Shown: positions 36,171 through 49,472, numbered from the stretch's first letter. The stretch is DNA of 64,000 nt from Camelus ferus (GCF_009834535.1 NC_045696.1:94118001-94182000), one strand, 5' to 3'. Notes: generated by a model from the sequence alone, not told the origin. Numbers and translations are program-made.

Positions 36171-37445
36171 TGGCACCGTGGCCATCAAAGGCACTTCCCA
36201 CTGCTCATTAAAACAACAAACATTGCTGGCTTTGTCTTCTTAGAACATTCTAGATCTGGGCTGAATTTAGAGCTGGTTGGATTAGTTTTGAGATGAGTAC
36301 CTTGAGATCCATGGGTAAAAGTTTTCCTATGAGTAAACAGTTTTGAACTCTGCAAGGTGGTATATGATGTTCATCTTCCACTAGCAAGCTCCTTAAGAGA
36401 GAAATAGTACCTTTTCATCTTGCTACAGTAATTGTGAACAAATTCCTTCCAAAGCTTATTGAACAGCCACAGTTTGGACATTCAGGGTATTAATAATGCT
36501 TTGAGGCAATTTTGCAACATAATAGGAAACCATCATTTTGGGATGCTGATTTTTTAAAAAGCTGAGAGAGTTGTTTCTAAAAAGCATGGTGACAACATGC
36601 AGCTGTCATTACGTGCTCAAAACAAAGGGAAATCACTCTATTTGTGTGGACTTGGGAAGCGGCACCTAAGCGCACGGTCAGGCAAGTCCTACCCAGATGG
36701 CTGCATGACAGAACTCATGGCGTTTCTTGTCAATAGTACAGCAAGATGCCTACAAGAATGGGAAGTTTAGTTAGCAAACTCCCTGAGCTGTGTCTTTGTG
36801 TTAAGGCCATATATGATGTACTCAGCCTCTTAGACCCCAGAAACCAATTGTAGCACAGCTCATTATTTCACAGATTTGTATATCTCTCTTTTACCCTAGA
36901 AAAACAGTTTCCAAAGATAAGATGGTGAGGTTTTAAAGAAGTTATCTTTTTATTATTTATTTATTTTCAAAAATCCCTAGCTTCAAATCCCACTGTTAAA
37001 GAGGAAGTCAGTATCATTTTGACATGTGGAAGGCACTGCCACCATCATATCAAAGCTAACGTTTCAGCATATCATATCCAATTTGAAACAAACAAAATGG
37101 TGAAGCCAAATATGCAAAATAATGCAGGATTTAAAAGAAATAATAACTAACTGTAATAGTGTTTTATATGCATACATTCATAGAGTTACCGAGGAAGCCA
37201 ATTACCTGGTATTGTAGACATCAGAAACCCAGATTTGTAATATACATATAGTTTCTATTAAAACACCAAATAATAAGATCTACAATGGGTCTTAGCTACC
37301 TTAATTTCTAAGTAGCAGTGAGGACTAAATGGTATTTGCAACAATTATATAGTAATAAAGGCTCATGCTATCACAAGTATGGTAATACATAAAGGAGATG
37401 TTAAATTTCACTTAAAGGTTTGTGAAAATAAAGATGTAATATTTT

Positions 37446-37481
37446 GTGTATGTGTGTGTGCATGTGTGTGTGTGTGTGTGT
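37446..37481. repeat. Imperfect (TG)n microsatellite
   Basis: Read directly from the sequence. Confidence 0.9.
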
Positions 37482-38064
37482 CTAGGCGGTGGATGATGTT
37501 GGCCAGTGACTGAATTCTATGTAAACTGGTTTCAGAAATGCAAACTACTCTCTTTTAAAATTGGCTATCTGAATGTGTTTTGAGAGATGTCTTACACTTT
37601 GCAGTTTCTCCCACTTTATCTCCCTTTGTTATTCTCAGTCTGTTTCCTCCAAACTTAAACTCAGTAAAGAAAAAGAAAGAACCCCCCCCCCCCAAGGGCC
37701 GTTGGGGGAACTGAGGGCCATTAATTTTGCACTTTGCTCACAGCTTTAGCAGTCAGAGAGTCAACAGAATGAACTGGATGGTGGCAGTTTCAAAGCAGAA
37801 AAGCTTTCAGGAAAGGATAGGAAAACAAACTTAATGCCTAGAATCTGCAGCAGGCGAGGAAGGAAAATTTGGGAAATCGGGTCTGGAAGATGAACAGAAG
37901 GAAGGCCTGAGGGAACTCCCCGACAACAATGTAGGATTCAGCGATTTATTGAATTAAAAGCATGAATTTTATCTATTATAAAAATGCAGTATATATTTGC
38001 GAATGCATATTGTGTCTGTTTGTGTCAGTAGCTGTTTGATCTTCTCAAAAAAACAAAACAAAAC

Positions 38065-38190
38065 TATTGTGTGTATTATTACTCTCATTTGAGAGATGAG
38101 GAAACTTGCTGCACAGAGATGTTAAATGCTTGCCTAAGGTCACATATTTTGTAAGCAGCAGAGCCAGACTTAGCATCTAAAGCTTATTTC
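38065..38190 (-). mobile_element. MIR core
   Basis: CATTTGAGAGATGAGGAAAC..GCACAGAGATGTTAAATGCTTGCCTAAGGTCACA...GCAGAGCCAG. Confidence 0.75.
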
Positions 38191-39782
38191 TTAACACTTT
38201 TCCACATGGAGAGTGAAAGGGACTGAGCTAGCCAAGTCTTGTTCTGGTGTACAAAGTGTTTACGTGGAGCCTCCAGAATGTCCTGAAATGTACTTTTTAG
38301 CATGCTGATTTTTCACTGGCACACATGTATCTTATGCTATGATACACTTAAAATCAGACGCGTCATCTATGAACTTTTCCTGAAGTTACCAAGGGCTGGG
38401 TTTCTCCCTTAGCTAACATTTCATCTGCTTCTTAATCACAAATCTTTCCAACACGAACTGGTAAGACTCCTCTAACTATCCACAGGCTTCTCCAAATTAC
38501 CTGCTCAGCCTCACTTAGAGCTGGATGTGTGAGCTAGTAGTGCATGAAGAAGTTCATTAGAGGAAGGAATTGGGTTTGATTAATTTTTTTCTAAACACTG
38601 ATTGACTACGACAGTCCATTTTGCTAACATTTACATTGCAGTAAAGTTTAATTACGGATTATTTGGCCATAAGGCAAACTAGACTGACATGAACCAGAGA
38701 GTGAAAATTTACAGTGCTGTATAAGTATCTGTATCTAATTTTCTGCTAATTGCTTTTCATTTTTATTTGTGACTTTAAGCACACACTTTTATAAGTACAC
38801 ACAATTGTGTTCTTAAAATTAAAAATTCAGAAAAATTGTCAAAGACAAAGAAATAAATCATAAGAAATACAGATCAGTATCCAAAATGACAACTTCTATA
38901 TGTACATATTAATTTTTCCCTATTGGCTTGACATTCATGGTAAAATCAGTCAAAAAATAGATAAACCAATGTGCCACCTGATGTGGCTGCTTCAGAATAA
39001 TGATTTTGTTCTTGCGTATCATTGGGGTGTGTGGATGGTAGAAATCGTTTCTAACTGCAGGACACTAGCCTAATACATTCTGTCACCAGAGCTTTTTTCC
39101 CCCCCAAATGCCTGTCTATTGGTTTACTTCTTAAAGTGATTAAAGGATTATAGATACTGCTTTGGAATTAGTCAGGCTCATCCAAGATATTTCTCATTAG
39201 TCAGAAGGAAAAGAAATTAGCTTGGAAAGGAGCTTAGAATAAAACAGAAAGGAGATGGTAAGAGGGGTATTTATACATTCAGGGGCAAAAGTCCAAGTTT
39301 TAATTGTGTGTCCAAGTTCATATTGGTAATTGCTCTTCATGTTGGCTTCTGACACATGAAAATTTGGATAGATGTGCCAATCAGACAAGCACCGAAAGGG
39401 AAGTGTATGGACATTAATTTCAGGTCCCAAAGCAATTCTGTTTTACTGACCTACTGAACAATACAGGATATAAAATAATGAGTAAGAACATTAAATTATA
39501 AATCTGAAGTTCTCAAGTTTAAGTCAGATCTTCTCCTCATTTGATTACCAAGACCCTCAAAAAAAACAAATGACTTTCTGGTTTGTATCAGCACAATAGG
39601 CATTTGAGGAGAGTCAACAGATTTAGTGTATCACTGTAATTAGCATTTGGGTTGAGAGCTTCAGCCATAAAAATTCTGGTTTAAAAGACAGAACAAGGAA
39701 CTAAACTACTCAGTCTTGTTCAAAAGAGAAAGTGCACATCTTTCACTGTTTTCTTCTGAAGATGAATATTTGTGCCAGCTTC

Positions 39783-40320
39783 TTTTTTTTTAATTGGAGT
39801 TTAATTGATTTCCAGTGTTGTGTTATTTTCAGGTGTACAGCAAGGTGATTCACTTACATATATATATTCTTTTTCAGATTTTTTCCATTATAGGTTATTA
39901 CAAGATATTGAATATAGTTCCCTGTGCTATACAGTAGGACCTTGTTTGTTTATTTTATATACAGTAGTGCATATATGTCAATCCCAAATTCCCCCTAATT
40001 TATCCCTTTCCCCTTTGGTAACCATAATTTGTTTTCTATGTCTGTGAGTCTCTTTCTGGTTTATAAGTTCTTTGGATCTTTTTTTTTTTAGATTCCACAT
40101 ACAAGTGATACCATACGAAATTTATCTTTCTTTGACTTACTTCACTTAATATGATAATCTCTAGGTCCATCTGTGTTGCTGCAAATGGTTATTACTTCGT
40201 TTTTTTATGGCTGAGTAATATTCCATTCTACATATTTTATACACACACACCCCTCATCTTCTTTATTCAGTCATCTGTGATGGACATTTAGGTTGCCTCC
40301 ATGTCTTGGCTATTGTAAAT
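39783..40320 (-). mobile_element. 5'-truncated L1 3' end, cetartiodactyl type
   Basis: Reverse-complement homolog of 480-1105. Decayed TSD: TATTTGTGCCAGCTTCTT on the left versus TATTTTGCCACCTTATT on the right. Confidence 0.92.
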
Positions 40321-40939
40321 TATTTTGCCACCTTATTTCCAACCCTTCACATGAACACCTGGACAACTGTACACTGATGTTTTAATCACTTTTGTTCAAT
40401 TTTTTTTTATTGTCCAAAAAATATCAGTGTGCTCTAAAATAAATTAACTAAATAATTAAGATCAAAGTAAAGAAGAAAATGCCTGTAATCCTTTCTCCTG
40501 CCTTTATTATACCTAAACTACCCACTAAATATTCGAGCCTGTATCCTCCCAAATATATATATAAGTGTATAGTGTTTCCAAATATATACACACATTTCTG
40601 ATGCAAAATATTCAACACCCACATTTCAGAAACAAATTCAGAAAGTTGCATCTTTTAGATCTTGAATAGAATTTCTGATTTCCTTCTCATTCTTTCCTCA
40701 TCACTCATCATTTAAGCTTGCATCAGACAAATGTACAATTAAGCTAATGATTATTAACTAGCTAACTGCTAGTTAAACATCTTTTTTGGAGAGTCAGACA
40801 TGTTTCAACTTCCTCCTAACTTTCCTGAGTTTAAATTAATACATTCAAGTATATTCATTGAAGTTTTATAACACATCCAGGAATAATTTAGGGGCTGGGA
40901 GCAATAACAAAGTGTAAGAAACGATCGTTCTCTTTAATT

Positions 40940-41170
40940 TCAATGTGCTCAGGGCTACAAAACCAATAGGTGGGAAAAGATTGGAGAGCAGTTGATGAAA
41001 CACAGGAGAGAAAAGGAACCAACACAGAATTAAAGACACCTCTGAGAAGGCTTCAAGGGCTGGAAGGAGGCTGCTAGCCATGAGAGATTTCAACCTTAGG
41101 AAGGAAGGGAAAACTATTCCAGGCAGAGGAAGCAGCATGAGCCAAATCACGGAACTGATCACGAACTCAG
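40940..41170 (-). mobile_element. L2 fragment
   Basis: GGGCTGGAAGG..GCTAGCCATG...ATTCCAGGCAGAGGAAGCAGCATGAGCCAA. Confidence 0.65.
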
Positions 41171-41446
41171 CATGACAGGCCTTTATACAGTGGGAAAAAG
41201 TAGTAGTGAAGTTTGATATGGGAGGTTACAAAAAAAGTCATCATTATTAGTTTACAACATTTGGGTCTGAACCCATCTGAATGATGGGATTTTGATGTAC
41301 TGAAAGCCTTATCAAATATCATCTTTATCATCTGTTTAGCTCTCTATGCAAATATTCAATTGCCTGCTAATGCTCCACAGATCTTTCAAATCAAGTACTT
41401 CCCACACTGCACTCCTCATATTCCTTCTATTGAATGCCCCAAATTA

Positions 41447-41865
41447 TCACCAGGGAGTCTGCTAAAAAAGCAAAACTTAACTGGTACTTGTTGCAGCAAG
41501 AAAGAAACATGACTCTGATGGAGTCTGAGCAGTGTCTCAGAAGAGGAATATTTACAGAATTTTGGCATGTGGTCTAAGGTGGTTCCCCCAAGATAAGACT
41601 AATCAGGGCTACACGAAATCTCCTGAAGAAAGTCTTGATAAGCAAACGTGTGTTTGGTAAGTGGGCTGTTTGCTCAGGTAAAGACTCTTATCTTTAATAA
41701 ATTTATCTGCAGGAATTTCCTGAAACAATTGGTGGAGTTATTTTTTGCTTTATGGTCTTATCTTTCTGTGGAAAAGTTTTCCTGGAACAGAGAACTATAT
41801 CATGGTCACGGAGGTGGTCTGCAGACTTGTCTACATCACGTGGACACAGATGGTCTCAGTTCTCA
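41447..41865 (-). mobile_element. MER90/MER110-like ERV1 LTR, apparently inserted in an L2
   Basis: Minus strand starts TGAGAACTGAGACCATC. Contains GGAGTCTGAGCAGTGTCTCAG and repeated TTCCTG(G)AACA. Confidence 0.55.
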
Positions 41866-42124
41866 CCTCCCTAAACCAGGTCCTTCTAAGATTTTTCCTG
41901 CCTGAGTCACTGTAACACCCACCACCCTCTTGCTCTCTGGGGAGATAACTTGGTGGTGTTTTTACATCCTCCTCCTCTAACGCAGGCTCTCACTCTCAAC
42001 CTGTACCTCCCAAATGCCCCCAAAATGCTCTTCCAGCATCTCTCCTGACTCCACTCTTTCTTTCATACAAAGGTTAAAATAATGAATGTGTAATTTCTCT
42101 CCTAAATGATGTGCAATAATTTTA

Positions 42125-42213
42125 CATTGTATATGAAACCACCAAGTATCATGGGTACAGGCTAAATATATACAATTATCAGTCAATTATACCTCAATAA
42201 AGCTGGGAAAAAA
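42125..42213 (+). mobile_element. Short L1 3' tail
   Basis: TACAATTATCAGTCAATTATACCTCAATAAAGCTGGGAAAAAA. Confidence 0.75.
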
Positions 42214-42449
42214 GTTTCCCAATGCTAAGGAATAAAACCTGAACCTAACAGCACTGACTTTAAGATACTCCCTGAACTGGTCTCAACCTCTTAATTTACT
42301 TCATACTATATCTATATTTTTTAATGTGTGGATAGATTCCTTAACACAGCATAGAATTTTCAGACTTTTGTTCTACTGAATACACTCTTTGCCCCTTTCT
42401 CCACTCAAAGGCCAATATTCTGGTCCCCTTTATTCTGTGATATTATCTC

Positions 42450-43460
42450 TATTTACTTCCTATTTCTCTCTGCCTTCCTTCTAGTCTCCTCAATTACCAA
42501 TTGATTCGATTAGTGGCCTGGGGTTATGTCCTTGGCTCACTACTGTTTGTACTGTCAGTCTTCTTTTCAAATGCTCTCAGCTATTTTAGTACATCTCTCT
42601 CCACATATTTCATGAGTCTCCAATTCACAGCACTCTTCCTTAACTCTCCCCTGAGCTCTGGAGGAGATGCAAATTCACCTGTGCTCCAGTTATCCTCTTG
42701 GGATTCCTACAGGCATCTCAGATTCAATCTGTTCAAAATCAAACCCCTTCCTCCTCCTGTCATCATTATCACAGGATCATTACCCGGGAAACAGATCTGG
42801 GTGCTCCTCCCTCCCTCCTCATATCCCATCACTTTCACTCATATTCCCATCACTTTCACTCATATCCCATCAATTTTACTTCCTTGGAATTTTTCAGATC
42901 TTTCCCATCACCTCCAACCCTCTACAGTTGCTTGAGCTCTTGCCTCATCATCTCTTGCCTGAGATTTTGTGACTACCTCCTAACTGCTCTCTCTGACACC
43001 TTGCCATTTTCAAATAAAACTTCCATTGAGCCACCTGTGTTTCTAAAATGTAAAAATGCTACCTTAAAACCTTTCAGTGACTCCTAAGAGCCTACAGAGT
43101 ACAGCTCAGCATCCTTAATATGCAATATAAAACCTTCTGTAAAACCTGGTCCCTCTGAACCTATCCTACGTTACGTGCCTTGTGTTTTGCATTTCGGCAA
43201 TTAACGATTTTTTATTTTTTGCCTTTGAGATTACGTTTATGATGTTTCCTTTACCTGGAGTTTATGTATTCCCCAAATCTCCTGAATAATTCTGTTATTC
43301 TTTAAGATTCCATTAAACATGTTTCTAAGGGAAATTTCTCCTGGGATAAGGCAGCTTACTCTTTGTATTCTCATGGCACCAGTGACGTATGATTGAACAC
43401 ACTGTAATATTATTTGTTATAGGCAGCCCCTGGTGGAATCTTTAGGACTTGGACCATGTC
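42450..43460 (+). mobile_element. L2 fragment with fossil reverse-transcriptase region
   Basis: ORF 42501..42935 has GYVLGSLLF (~QGSVLGPLLF) and SSWDSYRHLRFN (~WMSxRHLKLN). L2 3' motifs follow downstream. Confidence 0.75.
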
Positions 43461-43479
43461 TTTATTTTGTCTATTTCAG

Positions 43480-43650
43480 TTAATCTTCACAAACATACAA
43501 CAAAATAGGTATTTTAATTATCATCACTTTACACTTAGAGAATTTGACGTTTATGGAAGTTTAGTGACTTTCCCAAGGTTATATAGGTAGCAGGTGACAA
43601 AGCCTGAATTGGAGCTCAGATCTGTTTGACTTCTAACTACTATGCTATAG
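43480..43650 (-). mobile_element. MIR
   Basis: AAGTTTAGTGACTTTCCCAAGGTTA...AAGCCTGAATTGGAGCTCAGATCTGTTTGACTTC. Confidence 0.7.
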
Positions 43651-44044
43651 TGAGATGGTGTTACAGTGCAATCAGTGTCTGCACACGGTGTATACTCAAT
43701 ACATGTTATTTATTATTAACAAAAGACATATTATTTATTATTGTATTTCTAGTACATAACTTATCGGTGCTCAATAAATGTTTGTTTCCTTGAAATAATA
43801 GATGGTTCTTGTCTTATCCTCTGGGTTGAATTAAAATTTCTTATATGTGCTCCAAAAGCACTCTGCCTTTAGTGTGTACAGCGCTAGTCTCAGTTTCGCT
43901 TTTGTGAGTTGTTTAAATGTTTGTCCCTCATATGATCATAAACTTAAGGTCACAGTATGTATGTATTTCAGATTATTTATCCACATACCTTCCAAGTGCT
44001 CTCTGCACATAAAGGTATTTTTAAAATCTTGGTAGAATTAGATG

Positions 44045-45615
44045 ATCAAAGTATAAATAATTTACAGAGATGTACAGATCTTAAGTGTACAGTGAATGAT
44101 AACAAATGCAGGCATCTACCCCATTAAGATATAGAACATTTTCATCAACCCAAAGAGTTTTTTTTTAATGCCCCTTTCTAATCAATTAATTCCCACTCAC
44201 CATGGAACACTTTTTTCCCCTTGGCTGCTTTAAGGATTTCTCTTTATTATTCAGTGCCAGCGATTTGATTTATGCTGTGCCTTGGTGTGATTTTCGTTAT
44301 GTTTAATCTGCTTTTGGTTTGTGAGTTTCTAGGGTCTGTGTTTATATTTTAAATCAAATTCTGAAAATTCTTGGCCATTGTCCCTTCAAATATTTTTGGG
44401 CCCCATCCCGTCTGTCCTTTTCTGAGGCTCCAATTACTTATTTGTTAGACTGTTTGATATTGTCTCAGAGATCACTGAGGCTCTGTTCATTTTTTAAGTC
44501 TTTTTTTTTTCTTTTTGTGCTTCAGTTTGCATTGTTTCTATTGCCTGATATAGAAATTCACTATTTTTTTGCTTGTGTTGTATCTAATCTTATGTTAAGC
44601 CCATGCGGTGAATTTTCCATTTCATTATATTTTTAGCTGTAGAATTTCCTTTGGTTCTTTGTATGGTTTCCATTTATTCATTGAAAGTCCATTATACTTA
44701 TGTTTTATTTTAAACCTTTGAACATGAACATAGTTATAACGTTGTTTTTCAGGGTCTTTGTTAATTGAATCACCTCTTTATTTTATGGTTCTATTTTTAT
44801 TTACTGATTCTTCTCCTGATTATGGGTCATGTTCTGCTTCCTTGCAATTTACAAAGGTTTTATTAGATCCTATACATTGTCACTGCTGTGTCTGTGAAGG
44901 TCTAGATGTTCATTCCGTTCTCGGACTGTGTTGGGTTTTATGCCAGATGCTTAACGTAGCTGAAGATCAGTTTGATCCTGCTGAGGTTTTTTCAAGCTCT
45001 GTTATGACAAGTTTAAAGTCAAGTTTGCTGAACTAGCCCTACTCTTCAGCAGTTGTCTTTCTGAAGTCTCTTCTGAATACCCGAGGTATTTAAAAAGGGC
45101 TCTCCACTCCGGTGGATCAGAACTCAAATGTCTCTCAGCCCTGGTGGGGGTGATTCTGGTTCTAGCTCTAGGTTGCTGTTTACTCCCCAACAGCTCTTCT
45201 TTGTCTGGTTTTGTGTAATTTCACCCTAGACATGTGTAATTTAGTCTTCAACTGAAGATCCAAGGGGACTCAGATTGATTTCTGGAATTCTTTCTCTGCG
45301 TGGCTCTCTTTGCCCCTCAAATTCCAGGTGTCTTCACCTCTCTCACCTCTGATCTCTGTCTCCTAATCTCAGTGGGACCACTCTGCTTCATTTCTGACTT
45401 GTCCTCTTCTGTTCCAGAAGTGACTTCATGCAGCAATCTAGGTCAATTGTGGGGTTCCTCTTATTTATTTCCTTTTTTCATGGACCAAAACCCTGTAATG
45501 CCTGTTGCTTAGCATCTATAAACTTTTTTTCTTGTATATTTTAACCAGTTTTCTAGTTATTATAGCAGGAGATATCTTCCACGGTCAGTTAACTCCATCA
45601 TGGCTAAAGTTGAGA
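44045..45615 (-). mobile_element. Old L1M: short 3' end (44045-44200) joined to ORF1/5'UTR (44210-45615)
   Basis: CAGATCTTAAGTGTACAG..AAGATATAGAACATTT, then TGGCTGCTTTAAGGATTTCTCTTT...TGTTAGACTGTTTGATATTGTC..AGATCACTGAGGCTCTGTTCA...CAGTTAACTCCATCATGGC. Confidence 0.8.
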
Positions 45616-46784
45616 GTCTTGTTAAAATTAGATTAAATCATAAAAAGTAGCTGCTAATGTTATAAATTTATGGGCTAAATAGACATTTGTGGCCAGTTAG
45701 GGAATTAAAGTAGTACATATCAAAGCATGTTTTAGGGCTTATATTGATCACTTCTTCATTCTTATTAAGGGGACAGTTTTTTTTCTGTACTCTTACTAAA
45801 TACTTCAACTCGTATAATGTCTTTCTTTGCTTGTGTAAGTGAGTTGTTATTTAACAACAAAGCTGCTGAGGAATAGTGCTCATTGGTGAGTCAGTGGCTT
45901 TCCTCAGGTTTTATTTGTGCTACAGCTATTCCTCATTAATCATGAAAAAAGTAGCCTGTGCATTAAAAAAAACAACCAAAGAGAGTAGATCTGGGGGATA
46001 CTGATGGACAGGCTGCATCTTGCTAAACTCATCCAGCCCACTGAGCTGTGATGAGCATCTCTCTTTATCTGGATGAGTGAGTGCATGGTGTGTCTCATTT
46101 AAAAACCAAAACAGTTCTCAGAAATTTATAGTAGCATGAAGCCATAGATCAATATGTCTTTTTGACAATAAGCATTTCTGTAAGAAAGGGCTTGAGTTGA
46201 CTAAGGGAGGACCTTTGAGGAAGATTTCAAAATGTTGATGTTGCAATGACACTGGCCTCAGTGAGCAGGTTATTTTCAACTTTTCTGCCTCTCATGAAGA
46301 GCTGAGCAGAAGGCAGCTATAAAACCCAGAGAAATGAACAACCTGAAATACCTACTCTAGACTCTGACCCTTATCAAGTGTTTTAAGACTGAGGTAAAAA
46401 AAAACCCAAACTTTTTGACTCAGGGTAAAAATACAGAGTAGCAAACATTTTGGAAATATAATGTATAGGGTTGGTTTTATGGCCTGAAGTTACTTGAAGA
46501 TTAGAAACCTTGCAGGAATAAACTATTAGTCTTACTCAATGGGCTTTGGAGAGTGAATGGTGGACATTATGAGAAGGCAGATGTGTGCTTTCAAAGCCTT
46601 TGCTTAGCACAACACAGAGGTGGGATATTGAAACTCAAACCACGGGTCAACTTGTACTTTTGTTCAAATGTATCTACGACCCTTTTCAAGTGCCCATTTT
46701 AACAGACTCTTGAGGAGACAGATTATTCTGAACCATTTAAACCAAAGTGAAAGTGGAATAACAGTTGAAATTTTTTGCTATATC

Positions 46785-46962
46785 CAGTGGTGTGCTGGGG
46801 TTGGGGAGAAGCCATTATTTGTAGTGTTTGTTGATTTCCAGGGATGCAAATATTTCCACCATGACCAAGTTCAAATTACCAAATTTTAACAACTGGCTTG
46901 TCAAATTGCTGGATATTTAACAGCTGACATAGGCCCACCCGGGCAGCTCCAGTACACCAATG
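46785..46962. mobile_element. MER63-like hAT-Blackjack element
   Basis: TIRs CAGTGGTGTGCTGG / CCAGTACACCAATG. 8-bp TSD GCTATATC (46777-46784) versus GCTACATG (46963-46970). Confidence 0.82.
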
Positions 46963-47009
46963 GCTACATGATATTATACAGGGCAAGAAAGGGGTTTTCT
47001 GGTGATCTT

Positions 47010-47198
47010 CGTTTAGAATTCTGTCCTCATTTTTTGTGAATTATGACTTTGGGAGAATAACCTTTCTGTATGTCTCCAATAATTTGTGATTTATTAATAC
47101 TACAAACGGTTGTTCTGAAAATTGAATGAGATAATGATTGAGTGCTTAACACAATTCCTGGAACGTAACAAGCATTCAATAAATGGTAGCTATTATTG
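47010..47198 (+). mobile_element. MIR
   Basis: GGTTGTTCTGAAAATTGAATGAGATAATG..GTGCTTAACACAATTCCTGG..CATTCAATAAATGGTAGCTATTATT. Confidence 0.75.
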
Positions 47199-48960
47199 AC
47201 TATACATAGTTTTGAGATATTCCAATGCAGTTACAGGAGAGTAACTGCTTTTTTACATCTGAGGATTGAGAAAGTAAATTTAAAAACTACTATGAATTCT
47301 GTAATTTTCTTGAAAATATTTTAATTTTAATCATAGCAAGTTTATCTACATTTGAAAAATTATTTGTATGACCACTTAATTATTCTAACTACAGAAAAAT
47401 GCTTGGATGCATATGGATTTTTAGATGTTTTAATAAATACGGCTTCCTTAGGGTCAAAGAATCCTAAGTTTGGAATCACTACACCGATAATTTTGCAGTA
47501 GAAAGTTGAGTGAGAGAGCTCAGTCACCACCTACAGAGGTGGGTCAATAAATGAATTGGTAAAAGTCCCTGGAGTCACTCCTGCTTTCACAAATGCAGCT
47601 ATCCAATCCAAACATCTAAGCACTTTTGTGTTAACTTAATAATGGAATTTCAAGAGACCAAGAGTTTGTAAGACCAAACTTTATGCAAAATGAGTGGAAC
47701 TGATTTTGTTTTTCTAAGGTTGTATTGTGTTTTCCTGGAGAATAGGGCTTTTACTTCTATTTTTCAGAACCCTATTCTTCTGAGGCGAATATCAATATAT
47801 CGTAACATATGAAGAAAATATAAATGAAAAGGGCTCACACAGTCATTTTCTTAGGATGGAAATGTATTTTTGTCAGAATGTTTCTAGAGCTTTTGGGTTT
47901 TAAAATTCACTTGATTATTATCATTAGATATTCTGTTCATGTAAGATTCAAAAAGAATTCCCTGAATTTTTAACTCTTAGTTAATGTTTTGTTCTTTTAA
48001 TAATGAAAACTTTATAAAAATATTTCAAAAGGTAGCATGAAAATATTTCTAGTGTTCTTTTTTTGGTAGAAATAACAAGATCCCCTTTTTATTTCAGACT
48101 TTCTGATGGGCTGTTGTGCCAAACCTATCACAATATAAATACTATAGTGTTATTCATATTTAACAAATGGCTCTGATTATATTTGAATTCAGGCCTATCA
48201 GAGGTAATAAGACTGCAGCTACAATAATTCAACATAATATAGACAGCATCTCTATATGTCTCTAGCCTTCCACTCCTGTGTAATCGTAAAGCTTCCCAAT
48301 TACACTGCTGGAAAAATCACTGAAAAAATGCAAATGGATAAGAGGTTGTCAAGCAGTCGTGTGAACTGGCAAGAATAATAACGTTGGCAGTTCTGTAATC
48401 ACTGAGCATACAAAAGCTGACAGGACAAATACTTTCTTTCCACCAATTGACTAAATGTATATTACTGCTGCATGCTTTAAAAATACAGGTGAAAACACAC
48501 CATTCTCTAAGCTGGACTTAGAGGCATTTTCAGACTCATCATGGCTTGCTGACTTGCACAAAGAAAGAATGCTGTTTAATACTGAATTAGCTATTCCGTA
48601 ATCAGCTGTGCTGAATGCATTACAAGGGCACATTTCTTTTGCAGCTAAGAAGCAAGCAATGGCCAAAATATCCTACTAAAACTGCCCTTGTGAGAGGCAG
48701 TCCAACCTTCTCCATCGATCAGACATTATCCAAGGAGCCACCAGGACCACTGTCCCATACAGAAAGCTCTGGCTGCTTGGTGAGGCACATGCAGGACCCG
48801 CAGGGCTCCACAGCTGGCTCCTTTATCAGTGAGTCTCATGTATAACGGGGCAAAAAAGAAAGAAAGATCACTGAGGGGCAGAGATGATTCTGCTGTCTGT
48901 CCACTTGCCTGGGGTCTCAGTTTATCTGCCTCTAAATTACTTTTTTTCCCTTAAAGGACA

Positions 48961-49240
48961 TATATTAGTCTACTAGGGCTGTGGAAACAAGGTACTATAA
49001 ACTAGGGGGCTTAAAACAACATAAATTTTTTTTTCCCCACAGCTCTGGAGGCCAGAATTCAAAGTGTTGGCAGCACTATGCTCCCTCCAAAGTCCTCAGT
49101 GGAGTACCCTCTCCTGCCTCTCCCAGCTTCGGGTAGCCTCAGGTGTCCCTTGGCTTGAGACAACATAGCTCTAATTTCTGCCTCTGCCCTCACATGGTCA
49201 TTTTCCCTGAATGTGTGTGTGTACACACAGTGTTCTCCTC

Positions 49241-49293
<53 letters not shown>

Positions 49294-49472
49294 TGTCCAA
49301 CTTTCCCTCTTATAAGGACACCAGTTATGTTGGATTAGGGCCCACTCTAATGATCTCATCTTAAACTTGATTATATTTGCAAATATCCTATTTCCAAATA
49401 AGTTCACATTCACAGGTCCCAGGGCTTAGGACTTTGACATTTCTTTTTAGGGGACACAATTCAATCCATAAG
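48961..49472 (-). mobile_element. MLT1B/C-like MaLR solo LTR containing a (TG)n microsatellite (about 49244-49291)
   Basis: TATATTAGTC..AGGGCTG...GGCTTAAAACAAC...TTATAAGGACACCAGT..TTGGATTAGGGCCCAC...GGGGACACAATTCAATCCATAAGA. Confidence 0.88.

Noticed and set aside
37911..37920. NF-kB-like site GGGAACTCCC
   Set aside because: A single isolated 10-mer with no other support.
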